DNA of 55,570 bases from a virus (Duplodnaviria; Caudoviricetes): the IMG/VR virus record IMGVR_UViG_3300024257_000013, positions 1 to 55,570 of that record; one strand, given 5' to 3'. Shown in pieces: positions 10,870-21,300 of this stretch. The position numbers and the translations under genes were made by a program. Below the pieces are notes generated by a model. It was not told where the DNA came from, made no database searches, and worked only from the letters and a program-made list of their open reading frames with translations. Every line of letters starts with the position of its first letter. The stretch's first letter is position 1.

Positions 10870-13800
10870 ATGGCTTATATAATAAGTAACTCCACTTACT
10901 ATTCTTCAACTGCAACAGGAAGTTTTAATGTTACTTTACCTGATGATATAGTATCAGGGGATGTTATCTATGCCTTAATGACTAAGAGGGTGTCAACAGG
11001 GTCAACTGTTTTCACGCAGCCATCAGGATGGTCTTTAGAGGGAACAATGCTCTCTCAGAGCAATGGTAAAGCGCAATGGAGTTATAAAGTCAGTGCTGGT
11101 ACAGAGGCAGGAACTTTAGTTACCTTTACCGGCAATACTACTGCGTATTGGACAGTTATTATAATCGTAGTCAGAGATGCTGACACAACAGCAACTCCGC
11201 ATGTTTATTCTGGTGGAACCTATAGTAGCCCTGGCGGAGCTTTAGAACCTCTACTAACAGTGGATGGGTCTAGTAATGGCAGTGATCAGTTGGTGCTATA
11301 TCACGGAACAGCTTATAATACTACAGGCGTCCTACTACCACCTATTGAAGACGTAACACAACTTGTAACCGCTAATAACCTTAACTCAACCCACAGTGTC
11401 TGGGTGGGCTATGATGTAATGTCTGTAGCAGGAGTAACTCCTTCGATAGGTATATACTCACCGAATCAAGGAACTAAATCTGTATTGTCTATAAAAAATG
11501 CCTCTAGCGGGATAGCGCAGCCAAGAGTAACCCAGGCTACAGACGAGACTCTTATAATAGGTAATTTAGTAGCAGATGTTTTTGATTTTTCTGATAGAGT
11601 AACTTCTTTAGTTTCTTACACTGCAAGCAGTTCTACAGATCTTGTAAGCGTTTCCCCAGGACATGGTTTAACTGATGGGGATTATATATGTCCTGTAACT
11701 CCAGATAGCGGTGGGGGTGTCGGTTTTGGCGCAGGTAAGACTTACGTTGTTTCTGGTTTAGTTGGCGATACTTTCTACGTTAAGAAATATGAAAATGAGC
11801 CTACTTTAAACTTTACAGCTAATATATCGTCCTACACGTTAGGTAAGTGTTTGTTTTTTGACTCAGATGATTCTATTGCAGCTACAATAGACGGTATTAA
11901 TACATCAGGCTACAAGCACTATATAGTAGCAGATGCAGAGTCATTGGCGTGTACCACAACTTACGACCCTTTAGATGCTGCGGGTGAGTTTGTAGGGTTT
12001 ACAAGTGTTTTTACAGCAAAAGATTTTACTGGTAAGGTACTAGCTTTTCAATATATTAATGAGCAACCAACTGATTTTTTTGGTGATAAAGGTTTTGTAA
12101 TTGTATTTGGTGACAGCTCTGGCAACTGGAATGCCTTTCAAGCAGCTAATAGAGATAATGCTATCCATACAACTAAAGACACTTTTATTATATCCCCTGC
12201 TACTGGAACTATATTAGATAGCAGCGGAACTGTTGACTACACAGACATTACTAAAATAAGCTTCCTATTTCATAGAGCCCCAAACAATAGTAACCCTCAA
12301 TATTTTAGAATATCTAATGTATATTCTATCCAGAAAGCTATTATAGTCGGTGGAGGTGTTAGTGCTCCCGTTACTTTACAGGAACTAAACAATAAGTTTT
12401 CACCAAATCAAGGAAACAAGTATGTACAGTTACAAGGGACAGGGCAGTATTTAAAGAAGTTTGGTGTTCAGCTTGGGGATGGTGTTAATGAAACTCACTT
12501 CTATGCTGCTGCCTCAAGCTTAGAAACTCCTTCTGCTTATATCTTAAAACATGAAAATAAGCATCAATGGAATGTAGGTGATCAAGATATTGCTTTAACA
12601 ATAAAAGCATCAGCGGCTGACTCTTACAACTTTGCTAACTCAATAGTAGCTTCAGATACGTTTCAATACTTTACGGTAGATGCAGCTTCTAGCTTATCTG
12701 CCACTTATATATTTACAGGATGTAATTTTGTAGGTCGTACTGTTGAATGGAAATCAGGAGTAAATATTACCGGTGCTAATGTATCGTCGTGTAAGGCTCT
12801 TGTACACAACGGTGCATCATTAAGCGGGGCTACGATATCCAATGTAGTTACAGGCGAAACCGCATCCATAGCGGACATTACCAGCGAAACGATGTTTGAT
12901 GATGTGGTAACAGATGCTATTTTTAAGGATAATACAAATGCACCCGCCATAAGGATAACGGGCGATCAAACAGGTTCTTGGTCTGATCCAAATCTAACAG
13001 TATATGGCAACACTTACGATATTGAGTACACGGGAACAACAGATTTTAGTATTCAATCTGCCAATGCATTAACTGTTAATAATTCGAGTACAGGAACACT
13101 AACAGTCGTTACTCCAACAGTATCACTTGTTATCAATTCAGATGTAACGGCATTAATTCGCTATTTTGAAGATGACTCTCAAACGATAGTTGGTAGTACA
13201 ACCGGGGTAACTTTAAGCTACACATATCCAGATGATGATCCTATGGATATTGAAGTACTTAAGCAAGGTTATGTACCAGTAAATAGACAAGACGTAGTTC
13301 CTTACAACGGTGACTATGATATTACACTTGATTATGATGAGGCTTATAATTCCTCCCACGGTTTAGTAATAACTACCGACTATACATACAACAGAACGAC
13401 TAAGGTATTGTCTATATCCGCTGATCAGGAAGCTCTGGATGTAAGATCTTCATTAGCTGATGCTATCCGTACTAATTCAAGTTACTACAACACCCCTCTA
13501 CTGATGGATGTTATCGGTGGTTTAGTTCGTATTGACTTAATTGGTGGCATGACCTGCTCAGACATGAGCACATGGAAAGGTACTGGCAGTGAGGTATACG
13601 CTGCTGCTGACTCAGCTAATCCCATAGAGAAATGGTGTGCTGTTAAAACCGTTGGAGTAATTACTGATTCTACTACGCACTACAGACAAATTGATTCGGG
13701 GGCATCTACGGCAGTAGCACTGACTAGTAATGTGGTTAACGAAGCTTTTCAGTATTGGTCTGATCCAGATCATGACGGAGTGGCTACAACAGATACCTCA

Positions 13801-15144
13801 AACTATTTGCTGATTAAATCATTTCTTGCAGGTAGTAAGCAAGGTAGAATCGATATTCTAACAGCCAGTGGTGATTCTGCATTGAGATCTACCTTATACC
13901 AAGTAGGGTTAGCTAACGAGAGTCATGACTATGCTGGTACAGATCCAGGTATTACAGTCGACATAACACTAGTAACTGGCGGTACCGTTGGTGGTAAAGT
14001 GTTTGCATATGAGATAGTTGATGGTGGTACTAACAGTGGTACAGATATAGCAGACCAACTTAATTATAATGCCGCTAATAACCCTAACACTGTGATAGCT
14101 GGTGGTACCGGGTTAAGGTACTTCGAACTCCCTGATATGGTTATTTATAACGCTTCTGCTGTAGAAACTGAGTACGGATATGAAGAAGGTAATACACCTA
14201 CTTTGGTCGGATTTTATGTTTCGAGAAGTAGTGCTGATCACCCAGATTTTACACGGTTCCAAGCAGATGATGGAACTTACTACGTTAAACCAGTGCTGGC
14301 AAATATATCTATTACAAACCTGCCTGATGGTATAGGTGGTGATACTAGGCTGCACGTATACAATGTAACTACAGATAAAGTTATTTATAGCGGTGATCCG
14401 ACAGGTACAGGTTATTCCACTTCGTACACGAATGGTCATGTGGATTACGCTTCTTCTGGTGATTCAATACGTATCCGATTTGCACATTTAGATGCAGGTA
14501 CATCGTTTGAGTACGGTGAAACTATTGTTACTGCAAGTACAGATGGTATTACTGCTGATGGCAGTAACTTTATAAGTGCAGATACTATTTACGCTATTAA
14601 TTCAGTAGATGGCAGTGCAGTAACTGTGTTTACAGCTGATTACGCTGGAGATGAGATAGAGATTGCTACAGATACCGATTTTATTGCAGCTCAGTTTTAT
14701 GCTTTTTACTGTTATACATTAACTGATGCGATAGGTATTACAGGCTTCTGGAACGGAATAACGGCTAATGATACAGGCAATTATTTAATAAATAATAGTG
14801 TAGTTGATATTTACTTTAACTCTCCTACAGGTGTGACTTACACTGTTAAACAAACAGACTCAGCTCGCATCTACAGAGCGGATAGTGCCTACCCGGTTAA
14901 AGACCCTTCTACATCAGGATATGGCGTACAGATCAACTGGAAGTCTCAAGTGTTTGTTGTAACTACTGGTGGAAGTGCTTTAACCGCTAGTGAGCAAGCA
15001 CAGCTGACAGCAGTAGAAAGTAAAACAAGTGGGTTAAACTACACCATTACAGGTGAAGTTAATGCTAATGCTAAGTCTATGAATGATACGGAAATAGTAG
15101 GAGGAAGTGGAGATACGGATCTGTTTAGGAGTATTAATGAATAA
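10870..15144 (+). CDS. Large tail fibre/adhesin-like virion protein
   Basis: 1424 aa, Ser/Thr/Gly/Asp-rich beta-type composition, with an HGLTDGD module typical of tail proteins. Confidence 0.6.
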   Translation: MAYIISNSTYYSSTATGSFNVTLPDDIVSGDVIYALMTKRVSTGSTVFTQPSGWSLEGTMLSQSNGKAQWSYKVSAGTEAGTLVTFTGNTTAYWTVIIIVVRDADTTATPHVYSGGTYSSPGGALEPLLTVDGSSNGSDQLVLYHGTAYNTTGVLLPPIEDVTQLVTANNLNSTHSVWVGYDVMSVAGVTPSIGIYSPNQGTKSVLSIKNASSGIAQPRVTQATDETLIIGNLVADVFDFSDRVTSLVSYTASSSTDLVSVSPGHGLTDGDYICPVTPDSGGGVGFGAGKTYVVSGLVGDTFYVKKYENEPTLNFTANISSYTLGKCLFFDSDDSIAATIDGINTSGYKHYIVADAESLACTTTYDPLDAAGEFVGFTSVFTAKDFTGKVLAFQYINEQPTDFFGDKGFVIVFGDSSGNWNAFQAANRDNAIHTTKDTFIISPATGTILDSSGTVDYTDITKISFLFHRAPNNSNPQYFRISNVYSIQKAIIVGGGVSAPVTLQELNNKFSPNQGNKYVQLQGTGQYLKKFGVQLGDGVNETHFYAAASSLETPSAYILKHENKHQWNVGDQDIALTIKASAADSYNFANSIVASDTFQYFTVDAASSLSATYIFTGCNFVGRTVEWKSGVNITGANVSSCKALVHNGASLSGATISNVVTGETASIADITSETMFDDVVTDAIFKDNTNAPAIRITGDQTGSWSDPNLTVYGNTYDIEYTGTTDFSIQSANALTVNNSSTGTLTVVTPTVSLVINSDVTALIRYFEDDSQTIVGSTTGVTLSYTYPDDDPMDIEVLKQGYVPVNRQDVVPYNGDYDITLDYDEAYNSSHGLVITTDYTYNRTTKVLSISADQEALDVRSSLADAIRTNSSYYNTPLLMDVIGGLVRIDLIGGMTCSDMSTWKGTGSEVYAAADSANPIEKWCAVKTVGVITDSTTHYRQIDSGASTAVALTSNVVNEAFQYWSDPDHDGVATTDTSNYLLIKSFLAGSKQGRIDILTASGDSALRSTLYQVGLANESHDYAGTDPGITVDITLVTGGTVGGKVFAYEIVDGGTNSGTDIADQLNYNAANNPNTVIAGGTGLRYFELPDMVIYNASAVETEYGYEEGNTPTLVGFYVSRSSADHPDFTRFQADDGTYYVKPVLANISITNLPDGIGGDTRLHVYNVTTDKVIYSGDPTGTGYSTSYTNGHVDYASSGDSIRIRFAHLDAGTSFEYGETIVTASTDGITADGSNFISADTIYAINSVDGSAVTVFTADYAGDEIEIATDTDFIAAQFYAFYCYTLTDAIGITGFWNGITANDTGNYLINNSVVDIYFNSPTGVTYTVKQTDSARIYRADSAYPVKDPSTSGYGVQINWKSQVFVVTTGGSALTASEQAQLTAVESKTSGLNYTITGEVNANAKSMNDTEIVGGSGDTDLFRSINE

Positions 15145-15392
15145 TGTTTTCTTCCAAATCTTTCAGTACAAAATCTTTTAGTACGGACAGTTTCTTATTT
15201 GATTCTTTTGAAGAGATAATAGAAAAAGTTCTTCCTAAAGTAAAAGTATCTTCTGGACCAGGCGCTGAAAGAGCTGTACTGCAGCGTAATCAGCCACTAG
15301 ACAAAAAAATAGAGTATACTCAGAACCTTCAACAAGAAGATGAAGAGCTACTTAGCATAGTATCTCTTCTACTAAAATCAGGTATTCTGTAA
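15144..15392 (+). CDS. Hypothetical protein
   Basis: 82 aa, coupled to both neighbours by TAATG overlaps; FSSKSFSTKSFST repeat. Confidence 0.6.
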   Translation: MFSSKSFSTKSFSTDSFLFDSFEEIIEKVLPKVKVSSGPGAERAVLQRNQPLDKKIEYTQNLQQEDEELLSIVSLLLKSGIL

Positions 15393-18300
15393 TGGCGTGT
15401 AATGTAGAAAAAATTCTTAAAGAGCATAATGTAATTACGTTGTCATTAGATAACAGTAGATTACCTAAAGGCAACAGAAAAGGGTTTAACATTATAAGCG
15501 ATCCTGAAGCTTCTAAAGAAGAGAAGCGTAAAGCTGTTCATGACCTTATTCAGATCAACCTTAAAACCAGGCAAACCTTGCTGTTAGATGCTTACGGCAA
15601 AACAGCTCTTAAAGAAGAGTATGTTATACAGCCTCCTAGCAGGGAAATTGAACTAAAGAACCAAAAAATTATTGAGAGAATATCAGCTACTGCAGCAGAG
15701 AATATTCTGAACAACTCAATACTAATTGGAGGACTTAGAAGGTTATCTGATTTCATAGAGACCAGCTCAAAGAAACTGAACGTACTGTTTCACAATTCTA
15801 AATCCTTGTCTGATTATCTCAACAACACTAAAGAAGGCGCTATTGCCTACTCAAAATACTCCAAAGAAGATAAACAATTTGTTGAGTATATTAAAAGAAA
15901 TACCGAAGGGTTTAATTCTTTTGTACATGGAGATAAAGATAACGCACCTATTCTCCCATACATGACAGACAGTAGATTCGGTAACTTCACAAAAGGTAAA
16001 GCTATAGGTAATAGAGCTGTACTGGATGAGTATACGGATATGTATCAATATTTACTGCAGAAAGCAGAAACAGGCGGTTACACAGTAGATCCTATGGTTA
16101 TTGAAGCTACTGGTATCGCTATTACTAATTGGTTAGCTACTCAAGCTACCGGTACGTTTACAAACACCTGGGAAGACATAAATAGAATATTTGGTAGAAA
16201 TACTAGTGAATGGGTAAAACCAAAACACGAAGAAAAATTTACTGATATAGGAGCTGTACAGTCTAGTGTCATAGACAGCTTAGGTTCTGAGATATTTAGT
16301 ATGCTTGGATTTAAAGCTAAAGTATCTGATGTCGATGGTTCTGTAGCACCTCGGTTAAAAGTAGCATTAGGAGCACTGGCTGTAGCTTATATGATAGACA
16401 GAGGAACGCTGCAACAAACCGCTGTACCTGCTACAGACTTTCCTTCAGATACAGGAACTATCAGCGAATCACAGCAGACAGTTGGTAAAGATACTCTTTT
16501 TGTAAAAATAGTTAGTCAGGAAAATATTGAAACCTTATCTGAAATAAGAAAAGCTACTGAAGCTGTTCCTGAACTTCTTAATCTAGAAAACTATAAAGTA
16601 TTTCCCGGGAGTAAACCTTCTACACATACTCCTAAGTTTATGAGAGGTACTCGTCAACAGACACCAGAAAGAACCGGTAACACTATTAGAAATATACAAC
16701 AGGATAAGTGGACTGTTAGAAATAGTACTGTAAATAAATTCTTTGAGCTGGATGAAGCAACACAAGCTATTGTCACAGGAAGAAATACTGACATAGAAAA
16801 TGCGCATGTAACTCAACGTAAAAGTTTACAAGCTGTTAATAACAGAATTGATCGTAGTCTGGACAATATTAAAGAATTTATTGGGAAGTTACGTAAACCT
16901 CAACAATCTTTCTACATGAAGTATTTTGTATCCCGGGGTGGAAGACTGTTTATAGACAATAATACTATTGACCCTATTCAAGACAAGCTAATCAGGCACA
17001 TGATTGGTTTAAAAAGTCACCTGGTATCTGTAGAAGGTCTTAAGCTAAATAGGACATTTCAACTAGCAGTAGCTCAAGCATTTGGTTATGGAATAGATAA
17101 ACATCATTTTCTTGATAGTTTGAAAGAATTTAAAAGTATTCTTGCAGCTACAAAGGATGCTGTTAATGCATTAAAGAAAAATGTTAACGACAGGACCCCA
17201 GAAGACATAATAGCTATACAAGAAGCTGTTAAGTTAGGTGGAGAAAAAATGCATACATTTGAAGCATTATTGGCTTTAACTAAGTATTCTCCTGATAAGC
17301 CTTTCTTAACTACCTTGGGTATTGAAACAGATGCTGTTACCAGCGGAGTGATGATTGGTAATATGTTATCACTATTAGACGGTGTAGAAGACCTGGCTTC
17401 TGGTGGAGTATTTTTAGACAATGTAACTACTGATTATCCTTCTCATGCTGCTTTGCCTAATTCTATGGACTTGTATCAGAAACTTACAGCTAAATGGCAG
17501 AAAGTTATATCTGATATGGCTAACAAGAACAAAAACAACGCAAAAGCCATATCGATTGCTACTAGAAACATTATTGGTTCATTCATAAAAGAAGGAAATC
17601 TTATATCTGATATAGGACGTGAATTTAGTAAAGATCCTTTAATGGTCACCAATTATGGATCTGCGCTAAAAAAAGCTAAAGAAAATTTTGCATACGCAGT
17701 ACTGAACCAGTTTTATTCCAAAATAGCCAAAGCAGAAGATGCAGAACTAATGGTATTAGGGAATGCGTTAGAGACACTTATAAAAGAAATTATACCTATA
17801 GATCAGAAGCTGGATAAAGATTTTGTACTTACACACAAACAGCAGGATACTTTTATAAAGTCAGTATTAGAAGTTCATGGTGAAGCTCTTACCATGTCTC
17901 TAGAAGACAGACTTGGTAACTTTATAAAATATAGAGAGAAAATTAATAAAGCTTTTCAAATTATGTTTTATACGTTTAACAAAAAATTTGAAATTGCTTT
18001 AGAAGCTAAAAAAGAGGAACTTGGTAGAATACCGTCATTAGAGGAGACTGAAGCCCTCTTAGACACTTTAAGAAAGTTTATGCCCATTGTCAAAGGACCA
18101 CTTTCTAAAGGCTTAGATGACGGAATAATAGCCATAAAGGGAGGTTTAAGAAGAAACTATATCAAAGCATACCAAGTACAGATAAGTTTTAGTAGACCTT
18201 TAAGGAATACTGCACGAGAAGAAGGTACTTCCAGTATCACTAGTTATGCAAAATCTTATAAGTTCCTTGACCCGGGAGTAGCTGGAACAGTTACTAATAT

Positions 18301-21300
18301 TCACAATATTGACTCTGTTATACAGCAAGCTGTTTTATCTGCTTTTGCAGCATTAAATGTACACGATGCAGCAGTGTACTCTTTAGCTGATGTAGCTAAA
18401 GGTACAGGTGTCTATAATAAATCTTTTATAGATGTAGTTACTTCATATGACTTAATGCAGGAAGTATCAGATAGTCTTAATAATGTTATCGAAAGTGTTA
18501 GAGCACTACCTGAAGAAGAACGTAGTCAAATTTCTACTCATTTGTCAGAAAACTTGTACAGCAAAAATGACAAAGGTAAAAGAATTGCCTTTAACTTAAT
18601 TCAAGAAATAGCAGAATTAAAAGAATTGCATACAGAAGTTAAAGCAGCCAGGGAGAGCTTATTAAAAGATCATTCTCATATAGCTGTTAACCATTCTGCA
18701 TATCATGATTCAGAATCTGTGTACATTTTAGAAACTAAAAATGTTAAGCCTTTAGATTCTTCTGATGGGCCAATAGCGGCTGTTTTTAAAGAAATAGAAA
18801 GCTTTAAAGGTTCTATCGGAAGAAGCATAGATTTTGAAAATTTTACCTCTTTATTTTCAGGAGTTATAGATGCTACTACTATTCAAACTATCTTCAGTAA
18901 GCTTGAAGATGTAGGAGTAGAAAAAGAATCTACAGCACATACAGCTACCTTACAGGAACTGTTAGATAACTTTATCAAGTTACAACATGATATCGATATT
19001 AAAGTGGGTGAAAGCGGAGACACTACAATAGGTGCTCAGCGTACCTTTACAGATGGTACTCAAGATATTCATGTATTAGGTTCAGTAACAGGCAATAAAA
19101 ACAACGTAAAGATGTCTGCACAAGAAACGTATGTGCACGAACTTATACATGCCGTAACTGAGTACGCAGTAGATACAAATTCCGGTTTACGTAGAGGTTT
19201 AAAACAAATATTTGCACTTGCTGAGAAAAATACTACTTGGAGAGATTTTCTTCCTAAAGGTAAAGATTTTACAGCAGATGAAGTACGAACAGCTAAAGAG
19301 ACTTATGAGTATTTGTTTAATAATAGTCGTAGTTATAAAGATCCTGTTTCTGGTCGTACTGTAAATCCTTATTTGCATGAATTTGTAGCTTATGGATTAT
19401 CTAATGAAAGATTTGCAGCTAAATTATCTACATTAACAGTAAGAAATAGAACTAAGCGTGAAGGTAGTTTATGGGAACGTTTAGTGCAATGGTATAAAGA
19501 CGCACTTAAATATGCAGCTAATAAGCTACGGGGTATTGAAAATCTTACTGCAGATAAAGCTTTAAGAAAAATGTTAGATCAAGCCTTAACTGCTAGTGAA
19601 AAACAAAAGCGCAGTATTTTTAGGATGTTTAATGTACTTGATTCTGCTAATCAGATAACGGTAGATAAAATTCATGCTTGGATATTTGCACCTGCAGCTA
19701 AGTATGCTAGGAAAGATAAGCCTAAACGTATTCCGGGTAGAGTACTTCATACTTTGGCAGGATTATTAGATTCTAAAATATATGCTGAATTAGGTTCTGT
19801 TATCAAACAAGTTAGTCGCAATATAGGAATAACAGAAAGAAATTTCTTTGTTAAATTAGTGAGAGAAATACAGCAGCAAAAAGGAAATAACGCTGTATGG
19901 CATTCTTTGCTTCGAGCTTCTAAGCATATTGTAGACCAAGCACGTATGCGTGAAGCTACAAACGTAATTAAACATATTCGTAAAGGTTTTCATACAGAAG
20001 TTACTACAGAAGAAAGTGAAGCTCTTTATAAAATATTTATAAAGCTGGATTTAGTGTCTTTGTTGGATACTGCTGAAAGAGACAAATATACGCCCGATAA
20101 TCTACTGGGGCTTCTAAGCTCAGATAGCTCTTTGGACCTTTTAATTACTTCTTTAGAAAAACAAATTAGAAAAGAATATAAAGCTAATGGTTTGCTTTAT
20201 ATAAACCAGGCAGAAGGTTTAGGCTCAAAAATGGCTACTAGCAATACCGTAGACTGGCAATTAAATAATGCTTACGCAATCGCTAATGCAGCGGGATTAG
20301 GTATTGAAGTATCTGGTGACTTGAATAGGGCTACTAAACTTATTGATGAACTGGCTTCCTTGTATGGTATTAAACACAGTAAACAAGATTATCGAAATTT
20401 AGCCCATGCTGTATATAAGAGGGAAAATGCTGCTGATGGTTTAGATAATGGAATAGCTAAGTTATTTTCTTTGCACAAGTTAAATAAAGAAATGTCTTTA
20501 GAAAAACTGTTTCACAATAATAAAATGCAAACAGAAAAAGGATACTCTAAAGAAACATTTGATCCCAGAGTAGATGTAAGAACAGCAACTGCTGACCAGA
20601 TAGACATACTAATTTCTGAAGGTTACACCTATGCTGCTGCGGATAAAAAACCTCTTACGATGGATATCTCTGATAAATCAGAAAAAAGATGGTTAATGGT
20701 AAATCCTAATGGAGGTGACGCTACCTGGGTTAAAGCTATTGTTTCTCTTACAGCTAAAAAACATCAAGGTGAAGCATTGCAGGATATCTACCAGGCTATG
20801 GACCCTGAAATGAGCTATAGAGATGCTAAAATTAAAACTGCTGGAGTAATAGCAGAAAAACGTTTAAAGGCTTATAGGCAGCTTTCTCAGCGTGTTAAAC
20901 CAACAGAAACAGTAAAGTTGCAGCCTATTGTGTCTGAGCACGGTAATGCAGTTAATCTACGTTACTTAATGTCTGAACACAATAAAGACAGTTTGCTCAA
21001 CCGGGATAACAGATTTGATCATGTATTAGGACGTATGTTTGGAAGTATTGTGGATAAAACAGGCTCTACAGAAATAAACAAAAAAGTATTAATAGAAGCT
21101 AAAAAAGAATTTGAGCAAAACAAAAGTACGCAATTACGTGAATATGTGAATTTTACTGAAACTTCTTCAGATCCTGAAATAGCAGAAATGTATAAACTTA
21201 TGCCTCTAGAAATGAAAAAGGCTATTAAAAGTATTTGGGGTGAAAATGAAGATGTTTATATTAGGGAGGAATTCTTAAATCTGATATTCGGTTTCAGAAA

